64,000 nucleotides of DNA from Candidatus Gottesmanbacteria bacterium. GTDB lineage: Bacteria > Patescibacteriota > Microgenomatia > UBA10105 > UBA927. This document shows positions 43,268 to 53,696 of the stretch, piece after piece (within the stretch, counting starts at the first letter, position 1; every line of letters starts with the position of its first letter). The notes beneath the pieces were generated by a model that was given only the letters and a program-made list of their open reading frames with translations, did not search any database and was not told the origin of the DNA. The translations under genes and the position numbers were made by a program. Where the stretch lies: NCBI GenBank assembly GCA_963714095.1, contig OY970230.1:70206-134205 (forward strand). The letters are read 5' to 3'.

Positions 43268-43495
43268 TTATACGAATTTAATAATTAAACCCGCAACCAA
43301 TGAATAAATAGCGATGGCCTCGGCAAACGCCAGACCCAAAATCATCGTTGTACGGACCCCGTCTGCTGCTTCCGGATTCCGACCGATGGCTTCCATTGCT
43401 TTTGCTGCGAGCATTCCGATCGCCAGCGCCGGCCCGAAACCTCCGACTGCTACCGTAATACCTGTCATGATTAATTTTACTGTATTTTGATCCAC
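43268..43495 (-). CDS. atpE: ATP synthase Fo subunit c
   Basis: AIGRNPEA, LAFAEAIAIY; GTG start with SD GGAGGTGA. Confidence 0.95.
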   Translation of the reverse strand: MDQNTVKLIMTGITVAVGGFGPALAIGMLAAKAMEAIGRNPEAADGVRTTMILGLAFAEAIAIYSLVAGLIIKFV

Positions 43496-43508
43496 TAGAA
43501 CTCACCTC

Positions 43509-44255
43509 CTAACTCTCAACCGCATGCTTTGCGTGTTCCCCCTCACCATGGGATACCGCAACATTCAAAAATGCAGCCGTTAACATAGAAAACACTAACG
43601 CCTGGATAAATCCGACAAAAAGCTCCAGCGCCATAAACGGAAGAGGAACGATAAACGGTATAAGAAATGCCATAACAGTCAGAAGTACTTCTCCGGCAAA
43701 TATATTCCCGAACAACCGGAAGGCAAATGATACGATGTCCGCAAGCTGGGATATAATCTCAAGTATGCCTAAAAAGAAATCAATGGGCCCTTTGAAATTT
43801 ATAAACCTCGTACTGTAATGGAATCCGAGAGTTTTAAACCCGAAATATTGTATGGCAACGATAGAAATGATTGCTAGCGCCAGCGTCATATTGAGGTCTG
43901 CGTTGGGTCCCCGGAGAAGAGGTACAAACTTTCCCGCCTCATAAAACCCTACGGTACCCACACCGGGAAGCAGGCCCAGCCAGTTTGCCGTCACAATAAA
44001 CAGAAAAAATGAAGCAATGAGCGGAAAAAACTCTTTAATATGCTTACCGGCAACTGACGTAAAAAAATCGTACAGTCCTCCGACAATCATTTCCGCAACA
44101 AGCTGAACGCCGTGGGGGATGAGCGTCATCTTGCGGGTTGCGGCCAAAGAAAAAACAATTAAGAATGCCATGACAACCCATGTCGCCAGAAGTGAATTTG
44201 TAATGGGAAAACCGAATATGAACCCAATTTTTTCCGCTGCAAGTGATATATTCAT
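43509..44255 (-). CDS. atpB: ATP synthase Fo subunit a
   Basis: NWLGLLP, SFAFRLFGNIFAGE, FIQALVF. Confidence 0.95.
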   Translation of the reverse strand: MNISLAAEKIGFIFGFPITNSLLATWVVMAFLIVFSLAATRKMTLIPHGVQLVAEMIVGGLYDFFTSVAGKHIKEFFPLIASFFLFIVTANWLGLLPGVGTVGFYEAGKFVPLLRGPNADLNMTLALAIISIVAIQYFGFKTLGFHYSTRFINFKGPIDFFLGILEIISQLADIVSFAFRLFGNIFAGEVLLTVMAFLIPFIVPLPFMALELFVGFIQALVFSMLTAAFLNVAVSHGEGEHAKHAVES

Positions 44256-44265
44256 ACGTCAATTA

Positions 44266-44553
44266 TCATTGTTTTTGTACAATTTTCCTTATAATCCGAA
44301 CAAACATAAGTGCAGATACCAAAAATCCTACCGCAATTCCCGTTACTGCCCCTGTAGGATACATCCCGAATCTCCGGTCAATAAGTGACCCGAGTATCGC
44401 TCCACCGGCAATTGGGATGGCAATAACGTATCCGATTTGCCCCACCAGTCCCAAATAATACCACGCAGAATCGCTGTCCGTTTTCTTTTGTACCGGTCGG
44501 TTCTTCGCTCCCCGGAACCCATCCTTCAGCGTGATATCGTATTGCTCTACCAC
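44266..44553 (-). CDS. AtpZ/AtpI-family protein
   Basis: Two TM helices, LGSLIDRRFG, first gene of atp operon. Confidence 0.8.
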   Translation of the reverse strand: MVEQYDITLKDGFRGAKNRPVQKKTDSDSAWYYLGLVGQIGYVIAIPIAGGAILGSLIDRRFGMYPTGAVTGIAVGFLVSALMFVRIIRKIVQKQ

Positions 44554-44672
44554 ACAAAACCCAAATCCTCATTCCAGACAAGGGTAACCATATTCTAGGA
44601 AATAGTCACCCGTAAAGTCAACATCTTTCTTTTTGACGGATTATTGCTATAATAAAAGATTAATACATCCGT

Positions 44673-47600
44673 CTAAACAAGCAATTTAACGGTATCAACT
44701 AAAATTGTAAGCCGGTCATCTTTTTGATCCAGTCTTCCGGTTAGTTCGACAACTCGGTCGGTTTTCCACAAATCAGACGTCAGAGCGAAAATTTTAGGGA
44801 AAACTACGACTTCTATCGTACCCGTAAGGTCCTCCAGACGGGCAAAGGCCATCTCATGATTCCCGGCCCTCGTTACGATCTTTTTAACATTCACGATGAT
44901 ACCGGCCAAGGCAACGCGTTCCCCGATGCGGTCTGAGGAGAGCTCCGTAATTTGAGTAAACGACCTCTTGGCCAGTGTTGCGCGGTGCGGTTCCAAGGGA
45001 TGTGTCGTCAGATAAAAACCTAATAGCTCCTTCTCAAAACCCAGAAGTTCCGACTGCGTCAACTCAGGCACATCGGGCATGACATCGGAAAAAACCTGAG
45101 CCGCGGCATCATCACCAAATAACCCTACCTGCCCGGAAGCAACGGACTTTTTTTGTTTATGCGACTGTTCCAATAGATCACCGTAGCCGGAAAGCAGGGC
45201 AGCACGAGACCCGAAACTGTCCATACCACCGGCTTTAATCAGACTTTCAAAGGTTTTTTTATTGACCTTGGAAGTATCAACGCGGGAAACAACATCGGAA
45301 AGGCTCACAAATTTTGAAATTTTACGCGCCGCAAGAATGCTTTCTATTGCTGCCGACCCGACATTTTTCACAGCGGACAGCCCGAAACGGATCTTTCCGT
45401 CTTCAATGGCAAATTCAACACCGGATTTGTTTATATCGGGCGGAAGCAGGGTAAGGCCTGTCCTTCTGCATTCAGCAATCATGCTTGCGATTTTTTCGTC
45501 ACGTGCCGGCCCCGTATTTGCGCGGGATTCAGCCGTTAAAACCGCTGTCATAAACTCCACAGGGTAATTTGCTTTGAGATATGCCGTCTCATAGGCAATG
45601 GTTGCGTAACAGGCAGCATGCGCTTTGTTGAATCCGTACCCCGCAAACGGCTCGATAAGTGTAAATATTTCTTCCGCTTTCGCTTTCGTTAACCCGTTTT
45701 TAACGCATCCGTCAATAAATTTTTCTTTTTGTTTTTTCATCTCTGTCGGAATTTTTTTACCGACGGCTTTCCGCAACTTGTCCGCGTCTCCCCAGGAATA
45801 CCCGGCAAGAGTGATTGCAGTTAAAAGGACATCATCCTGATAGGCGATAATCCCGTAGGATTGTTTCAGTACATCCTTCAACCTCGGATCTGGATAGGAG
45901 ATAAGCTCTCGATTATGTTTTCTTTTGATAAATTCCGGAATCGTCGCCATGGGCCCCGGCCGAAACAGTGCCACCATTGCCATGACGTCAAAAATATTCG
46001 TGGGCTGAAGTTCTTTAATGTAGCGGCGCATACCGGCAGATTCAAGCTGAAATACACCGGTCGTTTCACCGCTTGAAAGCATGTGGTACGTTTTTTTATC
46101 ATTCAGGGGAATTTTTTCCAGATCAATAGTTTCTCCCCGGACGTCCGCAATAAATCTGAGGGCCTGTGACATAATCGTGAGATTTCGAAGTCCCAAAAAG
46201 TCCATTTTGAGAAGCCCGACACCGTCTTCCCCGACCGTGTACATATCATACTGCGTAATAATCCTCTCCCCTTTGCTTTCTTTCTGGAGCGGCGTGTACT
46301 CGACAAGTTCCTTATCCGAAATCACCACACCCGCTGCATGTACCGAGGCGTGGCGTGCAACGCCTTCCAGCCGGCGTGCGACATCCAGAAGCCGTTTAGT
46401 TTCCGGCTCGGTTTTGTAGGCAAGCGACAATTCAGCAGATTGCTCAATAGCCTTTTCAATCGTCATAGGACTGCCCTGAAAACCAGCGGGAATCATTTTG
46501 CTGATGCGGTCCGGGCCAGCATAAGGCATACCCAATGCCCGTCCGGTATCGCGTATCGCTCCCCGGGCCTCCATGGTACCGAAGGTAATAATCTGAGCGA
46601 CTTTATCAGACCCGTACCGTTTCGTTACATACGCAATCACTTCGTCACGCCTGTCATCTTCGAAATCCAAATCTATATCCGGAGGGCTCGGTCGGGACGG
46701 ATTTAAAAACCGTTCAAACGGCAGTTGAAAATATAAGGGATTCAGGCCAGTGATATTGAGAACATATGAAATAACAGAACCGGCCGCACTCCCTCGACCC
46801 GGACCAACCGCTATCCCGTTATTTTTTGCCCAATTGACGAAATCCTGCACAATAAGAAAATACGTCGAATACCCTTTTGCGTTGATAATACCCAATTCGT
46901 AGCTGATGCGATCCTTAATCTCCTGCGTTATCGCCGGATATTTTGTTTTTGCCCGCTCCCACACCATATTTTCTAAATGTTTTGCAGGCGTCTCACCGCC
47001 GGAAAGCGGATAGTGGGGCAAAATCCATTTCCCGACGGACAGCGTCACATCACACATATTGGCGATTTTTACCGTATTTTCTATCGCCTCAGGATATTGA
47101 ATGAACAACCCCTTCATTTCTTCGGGACTGCGCATATAAAAATCCGGTGATTCTATCATGGACAGCGGCCTGTTTTTTTCCAATATCGTGTGCTGAGTCT
47201 GGACGCAGAGTAATATTTCCTGCGCCTCGGCATCAGCCGCGTCCACATAATGGATGTCGTTGGTAGCGACTAATGGCAACCCGAGACTTCGCGAGAGCGT
47301 TACAAGCTTCTCGTTCACCTCGTCAATAAGCGCAATATGCGGATGTTTCTGAATCTCAATATAATAATGGTCCGGACCAAACAGTTCGGCGTACTCACCT
47401 GCGACACGCTCCGCTTCCTTATCTTTCCCTTGTCGGAGAAGTGCCGCAAGCTGCCCCTGGACGCATGCACTCGTGCAAATGAGCCCTTCGTGGTATTTGG
47501 TTAATAACTCCCAGTCTATACGTGGTTTGTAATAATACCCCTCAAGATGCGCGTAAGTGACAAGCTTCATGAGGTTTCTGTAGCCGGCTTCGTTTTTGGC

Positions 47601-47876
47601 AAGAAGAATAAGATGATATGGATCGGTATCGATTTTCCCTTCTTTATCAAAACGGCTGCGGCGGGCAACATATGTTTCAACACCGATTATGGGTTTAATG
47701 CCGGCTGCTTTCGCTTTTAAATAAAACTTGAAACTCCCGTACATCGCACCGTGATCGGTTAAAGCAAGCGCGTCCATGCCGTACGACTTAGCCCGCTCAA
47801 TAAGATGGTCGAGCTTCCCCAACCCATCCAAAAGCGAAAACTCGCTGTGCGTATGAAGATGAACAAAATCGCTCAT
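44673..47876 (-). CDS. dnaE: DNA polymerase III alpha subunit
   Basis: HLHTHSEFSLLDG, GRGSAAGS, PDIDLDF, LLKMDFLGL, YGFNKAHA. Confidence 0.98.
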   Translation of the reverse strand: MSDFVHLHTHSEFSLLDGLGKLDHLIERAKSYGMDALALTDHGAMYGSFKFYLKAKAAGIKPIIGVETYVARRSRFDKEGKIDTDPYHLILLAKNEAGYRNLMKLVTYAHLEGYYYKPRIDWELLTKYHEGLICTSACVQGQLAALLRQGKDKEAERVAGEYAELFGPDHYYIEIQKHPHIALIDEVNEKLVTLSRSLGLPLVATNDIHYVDAADAEAQEILLCVQTQHTILEKNRPLSMIESPDFYMRSPEEMKGLFIQYPEAIENTVKIANMCDVTLSVGKWILPHYPLSGGETPAKHLENMVWERAKTKYPAITQEIKDRISYELGIINAKGYSTYFLIVQDFVNWAKNNGIAVGPGRGSAAGSVISYVLNITGLNPLYFQLPFERFLNPSRPSPPDIDLDFEDDRRDEVIAYVTKRYGSDKVAQIITFGTMEARGAIRDTGRALGMPYAGPDRISKMIPAGFQGSPMTIEKAIEQSAELSLAYKTEPETKRLLDVARRLEGVARHASVHAAGVVISDKELVEYTPLQKESKGERIITQYDMYTVGEDGVGLLKMDFLGLRNLTIMSQALRFIADVRGETIDLEKIPLNDKKTYHMLSSGETTGVFQLESAGMRRYIKELQPTNIFDVMAMVALFRPGPMATIPEFIKRKHNRELISYPDPRLKDVLKQSYGIIAYQDDVLLTAITLAGYSWGDADKLRKAVGKKIPTEMKKQKEKFIDGCVKNGLTKAKAEEIFTLIEPFAGYGFNKAHAACYATIAYETAYLKANYPVEFMTAVLTAESRANTGPARDEKIASMIAECRRTGLTLLPPDINKSGVEFAIEDGKIRFGLSAVKNVGSAAIESILAARKISKFVSLSDVVSRVDTSKVNKKTFESLIKAGGMDSFGSRAALLSGYGDLLEQSHKQKKSVASGQVGLFGDDAAAQVFSDVMPDVPELTQSELLGFEKELLGFYLTTHPLEPHRATLAKRSFTQITELSSDRIGERVALAGIIVNVKKIVTRAGNHEMAFARLEDLTGTIEVVVFPKIFALTSDLWKTDRVVELTGRLDQKDDRLTILVDTVKLLV

Positions 47877-48979
47877 AATTGTTTCATGTAGTCATCAATA
47901 TGATCATAAATATATCTATTAACGTGGGCGATAAATTTATCCTGTAAATCAAGACTGCGACGATGCGCTCTCCGCTTAAATGAGTCTGATACATATTCAT
48001 GCATCAAGGGTTGGGGATCTTGCGCAAGGCTCATTTCTTTTAACTGAGAATCATGTATGCCCCACGTAGCTTTCGCGCTAAATTGCAACAAACGCCTAAA
48101 AATTGAGGGGTCAGCTTGCTCCTGATTTTTTAATTTTGCAAGAAGAGCAATGCGCTTATACATCTTTTGCATATCTGACTTTGTGTCAGCCACCTCATCC
48201 AAAAATTTTGAACATCGCTCCACATCTCCAGATCGTTCTTCTCCTTTCTCAATATCAAAATTCATTGATATAAAATCATCTTTTGCTTTTTTGTCCAGCT
48301 GCGCAATCCCCCAGTCTAGTAGATCAGTTCTTGCAACGCCGAAACTCGACGGAAGTATATTAAGTAATGGAGTTTCGGCATTTTGAAGTTTTATTTCAAT
48401 CTCATTCATATATTCAAGGACATCTCGATGGTTACCGCGAATAATAAGTGCAAATTCGTCTCCCCCCATAAGATACGCTTTAAAATCGGTGAAATGTTCA
48501 TATATGTAGCGAACAAGTGGGTTTTTTGGATCAAATGTTGCTTTATGAAATGGATTAATTAATGTTTGCGCTATATATTGTTTGTACGCGTCTCCTCCGG
48601 AATGGCCTGCTTCAGCGTTAACACCGTTAAGCATCCCCAGATCAAAATGAATAACGTGAAGGGTGTCTGTATCTTCATCACGTAGACTTCGCAATGATTT
48701 ACGTACTTCATTATCGAGTTCGCTCCAATAGCTTCCTTTTTCTTTAAGTCCAGTCGAAAAATCAACCGAAGCCCTCTGTTTCTCTTCAAGCTGAATGTAG
48801 GTACCAAGTTTTTCCTGTTCCCCTCGCCTATTCGCTTCTTCCATCCGTTTTACTGTGTTTGGTGATACATGTGAAATATCTGGTCCTAATTGTTCAGCAA
48901 TGTTTTTAGATATTGACGTATCTAGCATTTTTTTTAATACGGGAGATATGTTTTCCAAATTCAAACCACTGTCGTTCAT
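47873..48979 (-). CDS. GGDEF-domain protein (putative diguanylate cyclase)
   Basis: FDLGMLNGVNAEAGHSGGD and YLMGGDEFALII. Confidence 0.65.
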   Translation of the reverse strand: MNDSGLNLENISPVLKKMLDTSISKNIAEQLGPDISHVSPNTVKRMEEANRRGEQEKLGTYIQLEEKQRASVDFSTGLKEKGSYWSELDNEVRKSLRSLRDEDTDTLHVIHFDLGMLNGVNAEAGHSGGDAYKQYIAQTLINPFHKATFDPKNPLVRYIYEHFTDFKAYLMGGDEFALIIRGNHRDVLEYMNEIEIKLQNAETPLLNILPSSFGVARTDLLDWGIAQLDKKAKDDFISMNFDIEKGEERSGDVERCSKFLDEVADTKSDMQKMYKRIALLAKLKNQEQADPSIFRRLLQFSAKATWGIHDSQLKEMSLAQDPQPLMHEYVSDSFKRRAHRRSLDLQDKFIAHVNRYIYDHIDDYMKQL

Positions 48980-50268
48980 AAATATTTTTTCAAGGTGGAT
49001 TTTAATACATCGATAGATATTGATGGGTATTTTCTTTTTATTTGTCCAATCAGAAACATAAGCGCTTGTTCTTTACCCTTTTTATAATCGTCCACTGCTT
49101 TTGTATTTTGACGTATAACCTGTTGTATCACTTTTTCCAACTCCGCATCGGAAATTGGTGAAACCGCTGACGCCTGAACAATGGATTTTACAAGTGTTGC
49201 GGGTAACACTTCATCAATATTCAATTTTTTATTAATAATCCAGTTAGCAAGTTTTTTTGGCGGCACTGCTCCGATCTTCACGCATTCCTCAAAATAATCG
49301 GCCAATTCCCGAGTATCAGTTAATAAATTCGCGTCATACTCATTCAACATGTAGTCCTTTTTAAACCGGGCAAGTTTTGCATTAGGTAATTCCGGTAAAG
49401 AAGATTTTATTCCGCTCACAAACGTACTCGTCCAGCGCATCGGAGGAATATCGGGTTCCGGAAAATACCGGTAGTCATCTGCCGACTCTTTCACGCGCTG
49501 TGACACGGTTTCATTTTTCCCTTCCATCCATCCGCGCGTTTCCTGCACGGGCGTTATTCCCTGTTCCAACAAAAGGTAGTGCCTTTTGACTTCATATTCA
49601 ATAGCCTTTTTGACGAAATTAAATGAGTTGATATTTTTCACTTCTACTTTATAATTTGGAAGATCTTTCGATCCTACAGGGCGAACGGAAATATTTGGCT
49701 CGAGACGCATGGAGCCTTTTTCCATGTCGGCGTCCGATATTCCTATGTACCGGACAATCTGATACAGCTTTTTCAAAAACTCTTTTGCCTGATCGCCGCT
49801 TTTAATATCCGGCTCGGTCACTATTTCAACAAGAGCAACACCACTGCGGTTAAAATCCACAAGAGTGACCTTTTTACCGTCAATCGTTGTGTGAAGAAGT
49901 TTTCCAGTGTCCTCTTCTAAATGCACCCTGTGAATCCGGACATCACCAAGCTTGCCCGTGACCGCCAGCGGTTGGTCATACTGCGAAATCTGGTAGCCTT
50001 TCGGCAAATCCGGGTAAAAATAATTTTTTCTGTCGAATTTACTAAAAAGCGGAATCTCACACCCGAGTGCCAGCCCCAGTTTTATCGTCCACTCAATCGC
50101 TTTTTTATTTGGGACTGGCAATCCCCCGGGCAATGCAAGGCATACAGGGCACGTCTGCGTATTGGGTGGTTTGGCAAAATGATCGGCCGGACATCCGCAG
50201 AACATCTTACTTCTCGTTTTGAGTTCTACGTGTATTTCCATCCCGATAACAGGTTCGTACTTTGTCAT
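48976..50268 (-). CDS. gatB: Asp/Glu-tRNA amidotransferase subunit B
   Basis: IGMEIHVEL, RKNYFYPDLPKGYQISQ, DYRYFPEPD. Confidence 0.97.
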   Translation of the reverse strand: MTKYEPVIGMEIHVELKTRSKMFCGCPADHFAKPPNTQTCPVCLALPGGLPVPNKKAIEWTIKLGLALGCEIPLFSKFDRKNYFYPDLPKGYQISQYDQPLAVTGKLGDVRIHRVHLEEDTGKLLHTTIDGKKVTLVDFNRSGVALVEIVTEPDIKSGDQAKEFLKKLYQIVRYIGISDADMEKGSMRLEPNISVRPVGSKDLPNYKVEVKNINSFNFVKKAIEYEVKRHYLLLEQGITPVQETRGWMEGKNETVSQRVKESADDYRYFPEPDIPPMRWTSTFVSGIKSSLPELPNAKLARFKKDYMLNEYDANLLTDTRELADYFEECVKIGAVPPKKLANWIINKKLNIDEVLPATLVKSIVQASAVSPISDAELEKVIQQVIRQNTKAVDDYKKGKEQALMFLIGQIKRKYPSISIDVLKSTLKKYL

Positions 50269-50269
50269 A

Positions 50270-51679
50270 TTATTTCCAGGAATTCCACTTCGTTGCCTGC
50301 TCAAATGCGTATGCGGCGGAAATCATTTTTTCTTCCTGCCAGTAATTTGCCATAATATTCAACCCTATGTATAAATTTGTTTTCGGGTCCCTATGGCACG
50401 GAACATTCATACCCGGCAAACCGGAAATCGAACTTGGCTCAAGTAAAATATCCTCAAGTTCTCCGTACATCGGGTTATCTTTCGTTGCGCCTATCTTTTG
50501 TGCATAACACGGACTTGTCGGTGAAATCAAAAGATCATATGTGCCGAATAAATCCTGGTAATTTTGAATATAGAGTGTCCGTACTTTTTGTGCAGTTACG
50601 TAATACCGTTCGGCGTATCCTTTGGATAATGTAAAAGTGCCCAGCATTATCCGGCGTTTCGCCTCATCACCGAAAAATGACCGGTCGGTGCCGTAACGTA
50701 CCCCGTCGAAACGGGCTAGGTTACTGCTTACTTCACTTCGTTGTACGACCGTGTATACGGCAACGGAGAAATTCGGGTCAAAAATATGACCTTTTTCCAA
50801 TTTTTTACTTACTGGCACCAGTTCGACTTCGGCGCCAAGCCGCTCGAAAACTTTTCCGGCTTCTGAAACGGCTTTTGCCGCATCAGATCCTATTAATTTT
50901 TCATGATCCGTATAACAGATGCCGATTTTTAAACCCTTGACGCCTTTTTGTACATTTTTTGTAAAATCCGGTACAGGCTGCGGTGATGTCGTAGCGTCAT
51001 ATTTGTCACTCCCGGCAATATAATTTAACAACGTCGCACAATCTTCAACCGTCTTCCCTATCGGCCCGGGGGAATCAGTGGAAGATGCCATTGCCACGAC
51101 TCCTGCACGGCTTACACGCCCATAGGTAGGCTTTAATCCCACGACACCGCACCATGAGGAGGGTTGGCGAATAGACCCCGCCGTCTCGCTTCCAATGGCG
51201 GCAATACACATATCCGCGGCGACCGCTGCAGCAGACCCGCCGCTGGATCCTCCCGGCAAATATTCAGGATTTCTGGGATTTTTTGTTGGGCCGAAAGCCG
51301 ATGTTTCGGTGCTGCTGCCGTGCGCCCACGCATCCATGTTCGTTTTTCCGGAAACGACCCCTCCCGCCTGTTTCAAGCGGGAAACGACGGTTGCATCAAA
51401 AGGCGGAATAAAATTTTTTAATACATTGGAGGAGGCCGTCGTTTTCATTCCTTTCGTCAGAAAATTATCCTTCACGGCAATCGGTACGCCTGCTAACGGT
51501 TTTCCTATTTGCTTTTCCGCATCTGCCACCGCCGTATTGTTACGGGAAAGATAAATATTGAATTCGGAATTTTTTTCGGCAATCGCATCATCAACGTCGC
51601 GGTACAATTGCGCAAGAGAAAACTCTTTGTGATGCAACTTTTCAATCGTGTCTTTCAGTGTCAGGGTATTCAGTTTCAT
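50270..51679 (-). CDS. gatA: Asp/Glu-tRNA amidotransferase subunit A
   Basis: Amidase signature PGGSSGGSAAAVAA, GSIRQP, KPTYGRVSR. Confidence 0.96.
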   Translation of the reverse strand: MKLNTLTLKDTIEKLHHKEFSLAQLYRDVDDAIAEKNSEFNIYLSRNNTAVADAEKQIGKPLAGVPIAVKDNFLTKGMKTTASSNVLKNFIPPFDATVVSRLKQAGGVVSGKTNMDAWAHGSSTETSAFGPTKNPRNPEYLPGGSSGGSAAAVAADMCIAAIGSETAGSIRQPSSWCGVVGLKPTYGRVSRAGVVAMASSTDSPGPIGKTVEDCATLLNYIAGSDKYDATTSPQPVPDFTKNVQKGVKGLKIGICYTDHEKLIGSDAAKAVSEAGKVFERLGAEVELVPVSKKLEKGHIFDPNFSVAVYTVVQRSEVSSNLARFDGVRYGTDRSFFGDEAKRRIMLGTFTLSKGYAERYYVTAQKVRTLYIQNYQDLFGTYDLLISPTSPCYAQKIGATKDNPMYGELEDILLEPSSISGLPGMNVPCHRDPKTNLYIGLNIMANYWQEEKMISAAYAFEQATKWNSWK

Positions 51680-51681
51680 AC

Positions 51682-51999
51682 CTAATCATCTGCAAGTATC
51701 TGATCCACGACAAAATATCCGTTATGCTTGCGCGGCGCGTTGGCAAGCGCCTGATCCGGTGTAAACTCCCGCCCGCTGTCAATCTCGTCTTCCCTGAATA
51801 CGTTTTCTAGCCCTGTCACCTGGCTCGTAGGATCGGCTCCTGCCACGTCAACCGAAAAAAGCGTATCGACGACCTTCATCGTCGTATTAAAACCCTGTGC
51901 CAGCGCCGTCTGCTCGCGGATTGTTATGGGAATATTGGCTAATTTCGCGATTTTGTGAACATCTTCCGATATAAATTTCTTTGTTGTTCTTGATGCCAT
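51682..51999 (-). CDS. gatC: Asp/Glu-tRNA amidotransferase subunit C
   Basis: VHKIAKLANI, NVFRED, ALANAP. Confidence 0.9.
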   Translation of the reverse strand: MASRTTKKFISEDVHKIAKLANIPITIREQTALAQGFNTTMKVVDTLFSVDVAGADPTSQVTGLENVFREDEIDSGREFTPDQALANAPRKHNGYFVVDQILADD

Positions 52000-52080
52000 A
52001 ACTAGTGACATTCTAGCTGAGTTTGCTTAAAAAGGCTAGCGGCCTTATGATTTTTCGCATCGTCATGATATAGTATTTTC

Positions 52081-52671
52081 GTGGAAACGATTACTGCACC
52101 TAAATCGGCCTTTTTGAAAGAATTTGGCGGTATACAAATTCATTTCGAACACAAAACCCAGAATACTATCGCATCCGATGACCTCGCTGCTCTGAAAAAT
52201 TTTCTTGATGTAGAACGCGATCAGATCAGCCAATATAAGCAACTTCCGTTATTTAAACCGGACATATATTCGCAAAGACTCTATGCTTTAGGAAATCATG
52301 CAACCGCTGTCAGAGAACTACGGGAGAATCTAACTAGCGCAGATATAGCAGGTGAAGACATTCAGTTGATTTTGGCCAAAAATCCTTATGAAAATATAGT
52401 AGGATTTAGTTATGTTTCTATAGATAAACAAATACCGGATGCGAAAGATCAAATAACATTTACATATCTTGGTGTTGGCTGGGAATATACGAACAAAGGT
52501 ATCGGGACTGAACTTTTATTACAACGTTTTGATGATCTACGACACGTGGGTATTCCTTCCTATAAGACAAGAGTCTGGAAAGCGACCTTAGATCTCAATA
52601 CCAAATTAGGACTGCAAATAGAACATTATGATCCAAAGGATTATAAAAAAATCCGTGTTACGTTCGAATAG
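52081..52671 (+). CDS. GNAT-family acetyltransferase
   Basis: YLGVGWEYTNKGIGTELL (motif A). Confidence 0.6.
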   Translation: METITAPKSAFLKEFGGIQIHFEHKTQNTIASDDLAALKNFLDVERDQISQYKQLPLFKPDIYSQRLYALGNHATAVRELRENLTSADIAGEDIQLILAKNPYENIVGFSYVSIDKQIPDAKDQITFTYLGVGWEYTNKGIGTELLLQRFDDLRHVGIPSYKTRVWKATLDLNTKLGLQIEHYDPKDYKKIRVTFE

Positions 52672-52675
52672 TTCT

Positions 52676-52963
52676 ATGCAGAAATATCAAACTATCTTCC
52701 AGCTGATGATCGATGAAAATAAGGAATTATTTGATAATTTTACGCTTGTCCACGAAGCGTTTATACTCAATTCTGAAGCGAATAAGGCACGGTTTAATCA
52801 AGTAGGATCTGAGGTTCTGGATGTCATCCGCCAGTATGAGCGGGTTCTCTGCGGAAAGACAGAATCAGGCCAGTACGGCAAATTCAGCAGTAATCTCTCC
52901 CAAAAATTCTGGGACGAAATCCGTAAAGTCTACCGCAAAATCGATTTTGTAGGGATTAAGTAA
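52676..52963 (+). CDS. Hypothetical protein
   Basis: 95-aa helical ORF. Confidence 0.65.
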   Translation: MQKYQTIFQLMIDENKELFDNFTLVHEAFILNSEANKARFNQVGSEVLDVIRQYERVLCGKTESGQYGKFSSNLSQKFWDEIRKVYRKIDFVGIK

Positions 52964-53696
52964 ATCGCTGCAGTATCGCTTCGTGCGCACGCCATTCCAA
53001 TGTATCATCCAGCGGATCCAATGAAATTTTCTTTTTGTATTTAACTTCGAGCGTTTTGGTGATCAGCCAGTCGGCGATGTGCGGGTTTTTCGGGAGGAAC
53101 GGGCCGTGGGAGTACGTGGCGATGCAGTTTTTATACACAGCGCCTTCGGTACGGTCCTCGCCGTTGTTGCCGCAGCCTTTCACAACTTTAGCAAACGGTT
53201 TCACGCCTTTCCCCAGATACGTTCGCCCGCCGTGATTCTCAAAGCCAACGATAGTTTTACCGTCTGGAAGTTTCCCGATCGTGTTTCCTATACACCTCGG
53301 TTTCTTTTTGCCGAAGTGTTTACTGACCATGTCAAAAATACCAAGTCCCTCAAGCATTTTGCCGTCGCCTGTCATATAATAGTGCCCCAATAGTTGCGGC
53401 GCTCCACAAACGAATAATCCGGGAATCCCCATTTCAAACATTTTTTTCAAGACCGGCCCCTTTTTTACCCGCAGATCATCAACCAGTATTCCCTGCTGCC
53501 GGTCCTGTGCCCCGCCTCCAAAAATCAAATCGCACGATTCTATTTCCTTCGCTGTTGTTTTGAAATCAATCGGCAAAATAGTCACTTTTATTCCGCGCCA
53601 CTGGCAGCGTTTCGTAAGCACAAATATATTCCCGCGGTCACCGTAGGTACTCATGAGCTCTGGATACAACCAACCGATGGTAATATCGTATTTCAT
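52956..53696 (-). CDS. gatD: Lipid II isoglutaminyl synthase glutaminase subunit
   Basis: LYPELMSTYGDRGN, GGAQD, GFENHGGRT, YSHGPFLPKN. Confidence 0.9.
   Translation of the reverse strand: MKYDITIGWLYPELMSTYGDRGNIFVLTKRCQWRGIKVTILPIDFKTTAKEIESCDLIFGGGAQDRQQGILVDDLRVKKGPVLKKMFEMGIPGLFVCGAPQLLGHYYMTGDGKMLEGLGIFDMVSKHFGKKKPRCIGNTIGKLPDGKTIVGFENHGGRTYLGKGVKPFAKVVKGCGNNGEDRTEGAVYKNCIATYSHGPFLPKNPHIADWLITKTLEVKYKKKISLDPLDDTLEWRAHEAILQRFT

Noticed and set aside
43268-43495. Na+-translocating ATP synthase
   Set aside because: Subunit c has FAEAIAIY without the Q...ES/T Na+ signature.
44673-47876. Intein in DnaE
   Set aside because: Normal length and contiguous motifs.
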